NCBI GenBank assembly: GCA_029762535.1
Contig: JARVGK010000003.1
Span: 32,001 to 96,000, forward strand
Direction of reading: 5' to 3'
Source: Thermoplasmatota archaeon
GTDB lineage: Archaea; Thermoplasmatota; Penumbrarchaeia; Penumbrarchaeales; Penumbrarchaeaceae
Length of the DNA stretch: 64,000 bases
This document shows, one piece after another, positions 29,627 to 40,900 of this stretch. Within the stretch, counting starts at the first letter, position 1; every line of letters starts with the position of its first letter. Position numbers and translations under genes: made by a program. The notes under the pieces were generated by a model. The model had not been told where the DNA came from and searched no databases. It saw only the letters and a list, made by a program, of their open reading frames with translations.

Positions 29627-30727
29627 ATGTCGCCTATTGGATTGTCCGGTCTGGTATATCCAGCCATAGCTGCTGGGGGGGCTTTGGCGGTCTCCGGAGC
29701 CGCTTTCGGGGTCAAGTACATGATAAGGCTCGGTCAGTTCTCCTACCAGAACGCCCGTTTATCGACCATTGGAAATCCTTATATCACCAGGGAGCAGTTG
29801 ATGCAATTGGTGGAGTTCGGAGATGCCGACGCTCTGTCTCGATCCCTTCAAGGGTCGTTCTCATTTAACTCCCCACCTCGTTCTTTCAGAGATGCTGATC
29901 ACCGCTTGATGGATTCATTCGCGAAGGTGATCGATGAACTCGTTAAGGATTCGCCGTCCCCGACCCATCCGAGTATAGCCCTACTTCTACTTCGATACGA
30001 GTCCATGGAGCTCAAACGCCTTCTCAGGTCCGTGGGCAGTAGCGATGGACCAATTCATCCCATCGGTTCTTTAAGGCCGGATCTTGAGATGCAGGTCCTT
30101 CGATCAGGCGGTTTGTCCCAGGCCGTAGAATGCTTGGAGCATCACCCTCTAGGCAAGGATATATCATCATTGACAAGGTCGGGAGACGTCGACCTGAGCT
30201 CATTGGACATGGCCCTTGACAGGGCGGTCATAGGGTACATGAGACGCGTTGAAGGTGTGCCAAAAATTGCAAAGAAGGGCACAATCGATCTAGGAGACAC
30301 TCTTGCTGACGCCTACAACATCAACATGATGCTGCGTTTGAAGGGGGGATCGACCGACAGGGAAAAGGCAATGACATTTGTTGTTCCCGGGGGGACGATA
30401 AGGCCGGACCGCATCGAGGGAATGGCCGAGGCGACCACGGTCCATGAGGCCGTTCAGGTCCTATCCGGGACGACCGCAGAGGAACATCTAAAGAGGTCCG
30501 AGGTCTCAGGGACCATCAATATGGACGTGGCCATGGACCGGATGGTCCTCGATGGCGCTGTGAGGATCGGACAGAGGTATTTCAGCGGAATAGGACCGAC
30601 GATAAGGCATGTGATCTCCCTGGAGATGGAGATGAGGAACCTCAGGACGTTGTTTCTCGCTTCGTTCTACGGCTGGGAAAGAGAGAGGACGATCAGCAAC
30701 CTTGTACTCCAGGAGGAGAGCGTATGA
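29627..30727 (+). CDS. atpC: A-type ATP synthase subunit C (d)
   Basis: FSYQNARL and EMEMRNLR motifs; position in the operon. Confidence 0.88.
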   Translation: MSPIGLSGLVYPAIAAGGALAVSGAAFGVKYMIRLGQFSYQNARLSTIGNPYITREQLMQLVEFGDADALSRSLQGSFSFNSPPRSFRDADHRLMDSFAKVIDELVKDSPSPTHPSIALLLLRYESMELKRLLRSVGSSDGPIHPIGSLRPDLEMQVLRSGGLSQAVECLEHHPLGKDISSLTRSGDVDLSSLDMALDRAVIGYMRRVEGVPKIAKKGTIDLGDTLADAYNINMMLRLKGGSTDREKAMTFVVPGGTIRPDRIEGMAEATTVHEAVQVLSGTTAEEHLKRSEVSGTINMDVAMDRMVLDGAVRIGQRYFSGIGPTIRHVISLEMEMRNLRTLFLASFYGWERERTISNLVLQEESV

Positions 30728-31056
30728 TGGAAGAGAACCTCCACGCCGCTCTCGATGATGACATGGCCCTGGGCTTCTCGTTGGCGGGGGTCAAGGACAT
30801 TTTCATTGTCACGGACGGGGAGGGCGATGGCGGATTGAAGGAATGGTTCCTGTCCAGGCTGAAGGATGAGGGTGGTCTGATCATCCTCTCCATGGAAGCG
30901 GCTGAAGGACTCAGGGACGAGCTTTTCACTAAAAGGGCCAGGGGGGCGCTTTTACCTGTTGTAGTGATTCTACCCGGAAGCGGAGAGGACAGTATCGCCA
31001 AGGACCTTGTCCGGAGGGCCATTGGAATGATGCCACACGGGGAGGGAACATCATGA
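30724..31056 (+). CDS. atpF: A-type ATP synthase subunit F
   Basis: DDDMALGFSLAGV; LVRRAIG. Confidence 0.9.
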   Translation: MMEENLHAALDDDMALGFSLAGVKDIFIVTDGEGDGGLKEWFLSRLKDEGGLIILSMEAAEGLRDELFTKRARGALLPVVVILPGSGEDSIAKDLVRRAIGMMPHGEGTS

Positions 31057-31093
31057 AGGTATTGAACGGCTCGAACATTGAGGAGGCCGGATA

Positions 31094-32878
31094 ATGAACG
31101 ATGATATGCATGGACAGGGATACATAGAGATGATCGCAGGACCGGTGGTCAAGGCCAGGGGCATGCGCGGTTCGAGGATGTACGATGTGGTGGCCGTTGG
31201 GAACGAGAAGCTCATTGGCGAGATCATCGGCCTGGAGGATGATATGGCCGTCATCCAGGTATACGAGGAGACAACAGGCATCGCCCCGGGCGAGCCGGTC
31301 TTGGCCACTGGAGTGCCCCTTTCGGTAGAGCTAGGACCTGGTATCATGTCGATGATCTACGACGGGATACAGCGTCCGCTGGAGAAGATCATGGATCGGA
31401 CAGGGGATTTCATAGCCCGGGGGGTTTCCGTAACCGCTCTGGACCATTCCCGCAAATGGCATTTCGTTCCGGTATGCTCCCAGGGGGATAGGCTGTTCGG
31501 GGGGGACGAGATGGGAAACGTCAAGGAGACCCCCACCGTCCTTCACCGGATACTTGTACCTTCGGGAGCGGACGGCACGGTGGATTGGGTCGCTCCAGAA
31601 GGGGATTACGATATAGATGAGGCCATTTGCCGTCTCAAAACATCTTCGGGCCAAAGGGAGCTGAACATGCATCAGAAATGGCCTGTCAGGATGGCGAGGC
31701 CCTACAGGAGCAAGCTCGATCCGGCTAGGCCGTTGATCACTGGTCAGAGAGTACTTGACACATTCTTTCCGCTCACCAAGGGCGGAACCGCGGCAATACC
31801 CGGAGGATTCGGCACTGGAAAGACGGTCACCCAGCATCAACTGGCGAAATGGTCCGATGCGGACATTATAGTTTACATCGGTTGCGGAGAAAGGGGAAAC
31901 GAGATGACGGATGTATTGAGGGAGTTCCCCCATCTCGAGGATCCTCGGACCAAGGAGCCTCTGATGTCGAGGACCGTGCTTATAGCTAACACCTCGAACA
32001 TGCCGGTGGCCGCAAGGGAGGCATCTGTATACACAGGTATCACGATAGCGGAATACTTCAGGGACATGGGATACGATGTAGCTCTTATGGCGGACTCGAC
32101 CTCTCGATGGGCCGAAGCTCTGAGGGAGATCTCGGGGCGGCTCGAGGAGATGCCGGGAGAAGAGGGTTATCCGGCATATCTAGCGAGTAGGCTGGCGAAT
32201 TTCTACGAGAGAGCGGGGCTCGTTCAGACCATCGGATCCAAGCCAGAGGAAGGCTCGATCTCGGTCATAGGAGCGGTATCTCCGCCTGGAGGTGATTTCT
32301 CCGAGCCCGTGACCCAGAACACGTTGAGAATAGTCAAGGTGTTCTGGGCTCTGGACGCGCTTCTGGCCGACAAGAGGCATTTCCCATCCATCAACTGGTT
32401 GAAATCCTATTCCCTATACCTTGAGAAGGTGGAGACATGGTGGAAGGAGAATGTCGACTCCAATTGGCTTTCTATGCGCAACGAATCGATGGCCCTTTTG
32501 CAGAAGGAGGCCGAGCTGCAGGAGATAATTCAGCTCGTCGGTCCCGACGCCCTGCCTCCCTCCCAGCAGGCGGTCCTGGAGGTTACCAGGATGCTGAGGG
32601 AGGATTTCCTACAGCAGAACGCATTCCATGATGTGGATTCTTACTGCTCAGAGACAAAGCAGGTCTCGATGCTGGGGGCCATCCTTCTTTTTCACAGGCT
32701 CTCCTCGCAGGCCGTTGATAGAGGGGCGACGATCGATATGGTCCGATCGTGCAGGTCCAGAGTTGCCATTTCCCGTCTTCCCAAGGTGGATGAGGCATCT
32801 TTCCCGAAGGAGATCGAAACCCTGAAAAAGGATATGATACAGGAGTTCAAGGCCATGGGGGCTCATTCCCGGCAATGA
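31094..32878 (+). CDS. atpA: A-type ATP synthase subunit A
   Basis: GGFGTGKT P-loop, [17 protein letters not shown]; no intein. Confidence 0.97.
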   Translation: MNDDMHGQGYIEMIAGPVVKARGMRGSRMYDVVAVGNEKLIGEIIGLEDDMAVIQVYEETTGIAPGEPVLATGVPLSVELGPGIMSMIYDGIQRPLEKIMDRTGDFIARGVSVTALDHSRKWHFVPVCSQGDRLFGGDEMGNVKETPTVLHRILVPSGADGTVDWVAPEGDYDIDEAICRLKTSSGQRELNMHQKWPVRMARPYRSKLDPARPLITGQRVLDTFFPLTKGGTAAIPGGFGTGKTVTQHQLAKWSDADIIVYIGCGERGNEMTDVLREFPHLEDPRTKEPLMSRTVLIANTSNMPVAAREASVYTGITIAEYFRDMGYDVALMADSTSRWAEALREISGRLEEMPGEEGYPAYLASRLANFYERAGLVQTIGSKPEEGSISVIGAVSPPGGDFSEPVTQNTLRIVKVFWALDALLADKRHFPSINWLKSYSLYLEKVETWWKENVDSNWLSMRNESMALLQKEAELQEIIQLVGPDALPPSQQAVLEVTRMLREDFLQQNAFHDVDSYCSETKQVSMLGAILLFHRLSSQAVDRGATIDMVRSCRSRVAISRLPKVDEASFPKEIETLKKDMIQEFKAMGAHSRQ

Positions 32879-32949
32879 GACCAGGAGAGAAACGTATTTC
32901 TATCTGTTCCATAGTTCCAATCGTGTCCGGCATCCGGAGGTAGGTCATT

Positions 32950-33312
32950 TTGCCCAAGGTGATGATAGTCGATGACGAACCCACCATCCAGCAGCTTCTG
33001 AGGATAATCATGGAGGACATGGGATACGAGGTCGTTGCCCAGTCGATGAACGGGGAGGCGGCCCTCAAGGCATATGACGGGATGGACCCAAAGCCGGATG
33101 TCCTGATCATAGATCACCGAATGCCGGTCATGACAGGATTGGACCTGGCGAAACGCGTTCTCGAGAAGGAGCCTGGTCAGAAGATCCTATTCCTCACAGC
33201 AGATGAGACCATCAAGGAACGCGTGAAGGAGATCGGCGTGACCTCCTTCCTCGAGAAGCCAGCTGAAATAGATGTCATAAGGACATCGGTCAGATCCCTC
33301 ATAGGCGAGTGA
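32950..33312 (+). CDS. Stand-alone response regulator receiver (CheY-like)
   Basis: IVDDE, IIDHRMP, FLTA, EKP. Confidence 0.92.
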   Translation: MPKVMIVDDEPTIQQLLRIIMEDMGYEVVAQSMNGEAALKAYDGMDPKPDVLIIDHRMPVMTGLDLAKRVLEKEPGQKILFLTADETIKERVKEIGVTSFLEKPAEIDVIRTSVRSLIGE

Positions 33313-33314
33313 CC

Positions 33315-33668
33315 TCATTTCACTCTTATCTTCTGCACCTTCTTTCGAGGCCTGGCATCGTCCTTCTTCTCCATTCCCAGAGCTACGCTCTGTGGTATGG
33401 CGACGACGCGGGTAGAAGGGCCTTCGATGTCGGCCGAGAGCAAGCCCTTGAGAACATCCTGGATCCTCTGGGCGCAGGCCTTGGACATTATGAGCTGTGC
33501 ATTTGATATGTAGAACTCGCCCGCCGATGACTCGACCACCTCGTTGTAGACGTGCAATCTCACATCGTCCTCTGTAACGGACGCGATCCCACCTATGATG
33601 TAATGGCTCCTGTGGTCCGAAGTCCTGACGACGCGTATCTCATCCTTGGAACCTTTCTCATCCTTCAC
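33315..33668 (-). CDS. Small conserved-looking protein, possibly DUF3467-like
   Basis: Beta-beta-beta-helix pattern (HYIIGGIASVTEDDVRLHVYNE); coupled to the upstream regulator. Confidence 0.35.
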   Translation of the reverse strand: MKDEKGSKDEIRVVRTSDHRSHYIIGGIASVTEDDVRLHVYNEVVESSAGEFYISNAQLIMSKACAQRIQDVLKGLLSADIEGPSTRVVAIPQSVALGMEKKDDARPRKKVQKIRVK

Positions 33669-34085
33669 CTAGCCCAACCTCCCGTGAACGAAACATCTGG
33701 GTAGATTCCCCCAGGAAACGATGACGATCTTGTTCGGAAGCTCTCTCGCCGGTTCTGGACCGCCCTCCCTCGACAACTCCTCTCCTATCGCTATAAGATG
33801 AAGACAACGAGGTGTAGGGATGTAGAAAGAATAGTCCCTTCTCCCCTCTTTACGGCAGACCACGTTCTCCACGAGACCCCTATCCCGCATCAGCCCAAGA
33901 TGATACGCACATAGCGAAGGAAGGGATCCGATATTCGATGAGAGCTCGCTGATGGAAGATCCGTTCTCACCGCTCTCAATGATGTATGAGATAATTTTCC
34001 GTCGTATGGGGTGTTCGATCCAATCGATATCTCTAAGGACATCCTTGCCCGACCTTAAATTTCTTGACATCATATTGGGCCCCAT
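33669..34085 (-). CDS. ArsR-type wHTH regulator
   Basis: HPIRRKII...ISELS...YHLGLMRDRGLV. Confidence 0.8.
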   Translation of the reverse strand: MGPNMMSRNLRSGKDVLRDIDWIEHPIRRKIISYIIESGENGSSISELSSNIGSLPSLCAYHLGLMRDRGLVENVVCRKEGRRDYSFYIPTPRCLHLIAIGEELSREGGPEPARELPNKIVIVSWGNLPRCFVHGRLG

Positions 34086-34277
34086 TTTAAATTCAAATAA
34101 TGTTGTATATATTCAAAGCTATTTGAATATTGCTGTGAAAAAACATGGTCACCTCGACATTTTCGGCATTTTCGATATCAGCGAAGGGGTTTTTCCTCGT
34201 AAACTATATAAAGGATGTTCATGAGATATCTGGGAATAATCGAACAGTATCTGATTTGACGGAAAGGTGAATGACCT

Positions 34278-37200
34278 ATGAACATCAAGATCGTATCCGC
34301 AGCCATGGTTTTGTTAATGATCGCAACCTCCGGGATCGTCCTCTTCGGAGCGCAGGAGGCAGAAGGGGTTCCCCCGACGAGGGCCATACCAAGGACCTTC
34401 ACCGGGTTCATAGATAACTATACCTTGGCCAACAGAGGAGATTTCGTTGCGAACATAACGGCAGAGACAGTGGACCCCTCGGTCCAGCCGCCTCTACAGA
34501 TAGGTCCGTTCTTTGGCATGTTCAATGAGACGCATCCCGCGCTCGAATTCAGGATCTCGGTGGATATCCAGTCCGTTCCTGCCGGGTCCCCTTGGACGAT
34601 CAGGATAAACGACAGGTATGGCTGGAACGAGACCGGTGGAGGCTCGATATCGGTCACCCCCTATCCGGAATTCTACTGGCAGAACGGCAGCGCGAAGACC
34701 GTATACGTTCTGGAGAACGGTTCCTCGGACCAGCCAGCTTACCTGCCGGGGGTTTTCGGCAACCTGTCCTTCACGATCTTGAACGGTTCTTCCGGAGAAC
34801 CTCTAGAGGGAGTCGCTTTCGATTTCGACAAACACAAGGGGCACTCGACCTCGACCTCCGGCAACTATACGGACCTCTCAGGCAACGTCACGTTCCGGAA
34901 CATGCAGCTCGGCATCGACCAGGACAACAATGTGAAGGTGACCTTCATCAAGGAGCATTTCAACACGGTCGATCAGACCGGATATTCCTTCTTCGAGTTG
35001 AGGGAGGGCGTTGACACCCATCACTTCTTCACCTTGATCGAGGATCCGCTGGTCAGGTCCGTCGCTCCAGCCGACGGAACGATGAACGTGAGGACGGAGA
35101 AGGACATCGTGAACATCTTCGTGAGGTTCACCGATCTCATCAACGTATCGACGATAAACCAGAACACGATATGGCTCGAGAACGGTTCTGGGGCCAAGGT
35201 TCCAGTGAGCTACACGTTCAACAACGACACATTGCCCTCCACATGGGCATATCTACAACCCATCGAGGACCTGGAATACGATACCGACCACAAGCTCGTG
35301 GTCGATACGGGAGTCAAGACCACGGTCGGAACGAGCTCCCTTTGGCGCAGGTACGAATCGAGTTTCCGGACCTGGAAGGCCCCTGGCATACTCAGGGGAA
35401 CGGTCTTGGTCGAGGGAACGTCCAACCCCGCTCCGGAAGGAACGAGGATCTGGCTTGATGGGGTTCTTCCGAGGGATCTCGTGGACGGGGAGTTCGTTTT
35501 CGATCCAGTCTCCGAGGGCGTCCATACGTTGAAGACCGTTGGACCTACCGTTGGGGGAATAGACGAATACCTCTATACAGGTATGGAGACTGACCCGATA
35601 ACGGTGGTCAGGGGCGACGATATTGACGTCCAGGACCTGACCGTCACGAAAAGGCCCACCGTCAGCGTCATTATCACGGTGACCGACAGGTCCGGCATAC
35701 CCTTGGAGGGGGCGACGGTCACCCACGTGATCACCGATGCTCAGAGCATCTCCGATCCCAATGGAAGGGCCGTTCTCTCCGACATCAGGGCATCCTATAC
35801 TCAGCAGTTCTGGGTGAGGGCCGAGAACTATCAGGACAGCATTGTACCTCTGGATGTTGGTGATTCGGATCCGGCCCAGTTCACTGTGGCCCTTTCCGAG
35901 AGCCCGCTTCCATTGACGATAACCGCAAGGAACGGAGTGGAAGTGACACTCGACGAGGGGGCCGTTGTCGCTGTAAATTCCTATTTCGTTCTTACTTTCG
36001 AGGATCTCATGAACCCCGATACGATGACGACCGCGAACATAAAGGTCTTTGACAGCACGAACGATCCCCTCTCCCTCAGGATAGTTAACGACACGAACAA
36101 TATGAAGAGATGGTACATAACTCCAGTATCGAACATGATGTGGGGATCCGATTACAGGCTTTGGATAAGCAGCCTCGTCGCGGACTCCTTGGGGGACAAT
36201 CCTCTTTGGCGCGATGTGGAGATCGCCTTCAAGACACATCCATTGAACCCCGCCAGCGTCTCAGGAAGGGTCGCGATAAACGACAAGGGGTTGGAGGGAT
36301 TCGACGTTGTACTGAAGAATGGCGAGGATACCTTGGGTAGTGCGGTGACCGGCCCCAATGGCGCATTCTTCCTCTACATACCCATGAGCGTCGAGACCCT
36401 AACTGGCGTCGATGCGCTTGTGAACGGTTCGGAATACGGTCTGCTCGAGGGCAGGAGGACCGGTCTGACCTTGAACGCGGACGAGGCGCTGGACGATGTG
36501 GTCATAAACATGGTCAGAAGGCCTAATTGGTTCCGTGTAACATATCAGGTGGACGACACGGGCAGGATGCTGAGGAACGGGAACATCACAATCTCCTTCG
36601 ACAGGGAATTGGACCATACATCCGAGGGTTTCCAGAACAATTTCACGCTCGGCAGCATGCGGATATCCGTCACGCCTTCCGCTGACGGTACCGGTGTAGT
36701 GATCATCCCCGAAGAGCCTCTGGAGTATGACACGGAGTATGCACTGACGATCTCGGTCTTCAGCGATGTGGATTATCACAAGGAGCTTAGGTTCGCGGAT
36801 GGGAAACCCGCTTTGATAAGGGGCGATACCGTGACCCTGAGGACCGAACTGCGTCCTTTGACAGTGACCCTCCAGTCACCATCCGGCGACCTGCTGAACG
36901 CCGTTGCCAAGGACGAGCGGTTCGTTGTGAGGTTCTCCACTGCGGTCGTAAGTGAGGTCGTGGAGGAGGAGATATCGATGGTCAGGTTCGTCGACGATCG
37001 GCCCGTGGGCAACATCGCTTTCGAGTGGAGGGACGACTTCCGAGCTCTGGATATAACCCACGAGAACTTCATGCCCGAGACAAGGTACGTCATAAGGCTC
37101 GGTTCCGGATCATACGGTCAGAACGGCGCCAAATTGATGGAGGACTTCGAGGTATTCTTCAGGTCCGATTCCTGGACCGATCCTGCCCTCAGACCTCTCC

Positions 37201-37862
37201 CGAGCCTGCCTGAAGGATCGATGTTCGCATCTCCTATAGTGGTTTCCTTGAGCAATTCCAAAGGATATCCCATCAACGTTTGGATAGGATACAGGATCAA
37301 GGATACGACACTCGCCCCGACCGAGCTTGTGAACGAGACCCTCGCGGCCCTTGAATCGAACCGTCAGGTCACTCTCGATCTTTCCGAGGTGCCCGTTGGC
37401 GTTTACGAGATCAGGGTCATCGTAAGGGACGCCACGGAGGGTTCCGTCCTCAATGAATACCCATTGTACCTCACTATAGAGGAGAGGACCCCGGACACGA
37501 CCAGATCATGGATCATCATAGTCGTGGTGGTCCTTCTCCTGATCGTCATAATAGGCGTTGGGGCCTTCCTCTATCTTCAGTCCCGAAAGGGAAAGGAGGA
37601 AATGGCCGTCCGCGAGGAGTTCGAATGTCCAGAGTGCCACAACACCGTTGGCGCGGATGATACGGTGTGCCCCAACTGCGGTGCCGAGTTCGAGGAGGAG
37701 GCCTACAAGTGCCCGAAGTGCGGCAACATGCTGGACCCCGAGGACGATGAGTGCTCCGAATGTGGTTACGATTTCGCCGATGAGGACAAGATGGAGATCG
37801 ACGAGGACGATTATGAGATCGATGAGGGCGAGGTCGAAGAGCTCATCGACATGGAGGAGTGA
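34278..37862 (+). CDS. Large surface protein: Big_5/SbsA Ig-like and carboxypeptidase-regulatory-like domains, TM, cytoplasmic double Zn ribbon, acidic tail
   Basis: PADG/LEYDTxY repeats, TM, CPEC..CPNC..CPKC..CSEC. Confidence 0.8.
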   Translation: MNIKIVSAAMVLLMIATSGIVLFGAQEAEGVPPTRAIPRTFTGFIDNYTLANRGDFVANITAETVDPSVQPPLQIGPFFGMFNETHPALEFRISVDIQSVPAGSPWTIRINDRYGWNETGGGSISVTPYPEFYWQNGSAKTVYVLENGSSDQPAYLPGVFGNLSFTILNGSSGEPLEGVAFDFDKHKGHSTSTSGNYTDLSGNVTFRNMQLGIDQDNNVKVTFIKEHFNTVDQTGYSFFELREGVDTHHFFTLIEDPLVRSVAPADGTMNVRTEKDIVNIFVRFTDLINVSTINQNTIWLENGSGAKVPVSYTFNNDTLPSTWAYLQPIEDLEYDTDHKLVVDTGVKTTVGTSSLWRRYESSFRTWKAPGILRGTVLVEGTSNPAPEGTRIWLDGVLPRDLVDGEFVFDPVSEGVHTLKTVGPTVGGIDEYLYTGMETDPITVVRGDDIDVQDLTVTKRPTVSVIITVTDRSGIPLEGATVTHVITDAQSISDPNGRAVLSDIRASYTQQFWVRAENYQDSIVPLDVGDSDPAQFTVALSESPLPLTITARNGVEVTLDEGAVVAVNSYFVLTFEDLMNPDTMTTANIKVFDSTNDPLSLRIVNDTNNMKRWYITPVSNMMWGSDYRLWISSLVADSLGDNPLWRDVEIAFKTHPLNPASVSGRVAINDKGLEGFDVVLKNGEDTLGSAVTGPNGAFFLYIPMSVETLTGVDALVNGSEYGLLEGRRTGLTLNADEALDDVVINMVRRPNWFRVTYQVDDTGRMLRNGNITISFDRELDHTSEGFQNNFTLGSMRISVTPSADGTGVVIIPEEPLEYDTEYALTISVFSDVDYHKELRFADGKPALIRGDTVTLRTELRPLTVTLQSPSGDLLNAVAKDERFVVRFSTAVVSEVVEEEISMVRFVDDRPVGNIAFEWRDDFRALDITHENFMPETRYVIRLGSGSYGQNGAKLMEDFEVFFRSDSWTDPALRPLPSLPEGSMFASPIVVSLSNSKGYPINVWIGYRIKDTTLAPTELVNETLAALESNRQVTLDLSEVPVGVYEIRVIVRDATEGSVLNEYPLYLTIEERTPDTTRSWIIIVVVVLLLIVIIGVGAFLYLQSRKGKEEMAVREEFECPECHNTVGADDTVCPNCGAEFEEEAYKCPKCGNMLDPEDDECSECGYDFADEDKMEIDEDDYEIDEGEVEELIDMEE

Positions 37863-37932
37863 TCCCGCCCTAATCGAGCCAAGGACCCGAATGTGAAGTA
37901 TATCGGATACACGTATTAAGAGGTGGTTCAGG

Positions 37933-40900
37933 ATGCAGTCGAAGAACATCGTTACGATGTTACTGGTGATCTTGTTGATAGCCATGGCACAGCCCGCGAC
38001 CGGTGATCGGTCGGAGGGCGATCCAACGCGCGGAACGCTGGACGCCTATGTCGCCGGGACGGTCCTCAATGCAACGGGGGGCCATCCCGTCAGCGTCTCC
38101 TCAAGGGAGCTGAGCAGCAACATGTTCATATACTTCAACGGAACGACCGATAACCTGGGAAGGTTCAATATCACCGTGGACTCGGACCCGGTGGACCTCT
38201 TGCCCTACACCGTGTCGATCGCTGAGGTCTATTTTCAGGTCCCATCATTGGGGACGTACAACTTCGACACCACGATCGGATCGGGCCAGACGCAGCATGT
38301 GCCAGAGGGTATGCTTGAGCTTGTGGATGCCGCCCTGGGGGACCTGAAGATCACCATACTCAACGGTTCCTCGATGCGGCCGCTGCCGCACCCCCTTCTC
38401 AACATAAGGGCGGATTCGGTCCCGGATCCTCCATTCCCGACCGCTAAGATGGGTGACGCACAGGGTACGGCCGTTTACCTGGGGATCAGGGCGGTCACGA
38501 CGAAGGTGATTGCAAGCAAATCGAACTTCCTCACCTTGGAGGATTCCACTTCCGACGATATCGTTGAAGTGCTTCCCGGGGTTCAGACCGATGTGACCTT
38601 CGTGCTCGATGAGAGGCCATGGCCTTTCACAACGGACCCTGCGGACGGTTCCGAGGACGTTAACCATACCCAGCGCATGACCGTTTACTACGGACAGGAG
38701 ATGGACCCTCTGACCATCGCCGACGCTTCCAACTTCATGGTCTACCCTGCCGAAGGAGGGGATGCCCTCGAGCTGCAGGTGGAATCCGCGGGAGGCAACA
38801 CCCAGACCAGGATCACAACGATCGCTCCCATGGAATACAACACCTCATGCATTCTACGGATAGACAACACCGTGAGGACCAAGCTGGGTGCGAAGCCTCT
38901 CTGGAGGGCGATGGAGGTCAGTTTCACAACGGAGCTCGCGCCGGCCGTGGTCAGCGGGAGGTTAGTGGACTCATCGAGCGGATCCCCTGTCCCTGGGGTA
39001 TCACTTCGGTTGAAGGATATGCGGGCCAGATCGAATGGGTCCGGCCATTTCATCTTCCCTCTGGTCGTTCCTGAAGTTTACACCCTTGAGGTGGAACCAA
39101 GCTACCTGTTCCTCGGGACAAGCATCACTTCACTAGATATAGTGAAAGGGGAGATCAGGGACCTCGGGGATGTGGAGATCGATCCAAGGCCGAACGGGTC
39201 CCTCGAGGTCCAGGTCCTATCAGGCCCCTTCCCGCTGCCGGGAGCCTGGGTCCATATCGAAGGGTCCGATCTCAACCTGACGACCTCTGACGACGGCATA
39301 GCCTACTTCGAGAGGACCAGAACGGGACTTGTGACCTTGATGGTCGGGGCGGAGCATCATGCGATGGTCGTCGAACAGGCCACCGTGTCGGAAGGGCTAC
39401 GCTCACATCTATCAGTGGCCCTGGTCGAGGATCAAATGCTCGTAAGCGTCGTACCGACCTTGCCCCTCGGCGGTGGCATCGTTGAACCGGGGACGAAGTT
39501 CGTCCTGATAATGCCTGAACCTATAGATTTCTCCACCCTTTCCGTTTCCCTGTGGGAGACCGACAATGAACTGAACAGGGTTCTTCAGATGCCCACACTC
39601 CCGGTCAGCGCAGGGGAGGCTATCAATACATACATGGTGTCCCCCACCTCCGCCCTCCCGATGGAGAGGAGCTATGTCCTCCTGATCGATATGGGTCTTG
39701 CGTCCTCCGGTTCGGGGGATCCTCTTCTGTGGAGGGACCTATCATATTATTTCAGCACGCCTGATTACCCTCTATCCTACGTTTCCGGTAAAATACTGCT
39801 CGACGACAGCCCCTTTGCAGGGCTCGAGGTGAACTTCGGAACCTTCGTTTCTCAGACCGGGGACGACGGGGAATTCAACATCACGGTCGACCTCTCCGGT
39901 CCCACGCTGGATGGGATACTATCCTTCAACGGCTCCGCATGGGGATACGAGAGCCTGAGCCAGTCCATCAGTATTACCCCTGGGGTCGTCGTTGATGCCG
40001 GGACGATCCATCTGGCGATGCTGCCCGGAAGATGCACGATCGATCCGGAGGATGGGTCTAATAATGTAGAACCGGACATTGCCGTATCCTTCACCTTCTC
40101 CGAACCTGTCATCGTACCGGAGGAGGGACTCTCTGCAAGGCTCTTTCTGTCCAGGAATGGATCTACTACCCCCATTCCGGGGTCATATGAGGCTTCGAAC
40201 GGGAACAGGACCATAACGTTCTCCCCAACGTTCCAATTGGAAGAAAGTATGGTTTACGTCGCGACCGTACGGAACGCGCTCATGCTTGGGACGGGATACC
40301 CGGCCTGTCCTGTGGGACACACCTCCCGTTTCACTGTCAGGATGCCGATGGTGCGCATCTCGCTCCTGTCCCCGGATACGTCCATCCTCGAAGAATTGCC
40401 CCTCGACGAACCCATTGTCCTGTCCTTCTCGATGCCGGTGAACCGGACAATGGTAGAGTCATCGTTGGTGATCGATCCGGACCCGCTACTGTTACGATAC
40501 CTATGGAGGACATCCACGGAACTGGAGATCGTCCTCTTCATGACCCCTCTGTCGGAATACACCCTTACCCTGCCCAGATCTGACTTGGGTATGGATGGTC
40601 AGATGGGCATGGAGGAACTTTCGATACAGTTCACGGCGGGAAGATCCTATGCTCGCAGCCACGAGGAGAGGTCCTTCTCGATACTCCCGGACACCATACC
40701 GGAGGTCAAGCCGGGTCAGGAGATTCGCTTGAACGGCCTGATCGACGGCTCTAAGGGATATGATGTCGTCGTGAAGCTGACCGGGAACGGAATGGAACAG
40801 GAACACGTCGCACAGGTGGGAGAGGACGGGTCCTGGGACATAGCCTTCAAGGCTCCGAATGCGTCAGGCACCTACACGATCTCTCTGACCATAGGGGTGC

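Noticed and set aside
29627-29730. Hydrophobic N-terminus of subunit C as a novelty
   Set aside because: Similar hydrophobic leaders occur in other euryarchaeal C subunits.
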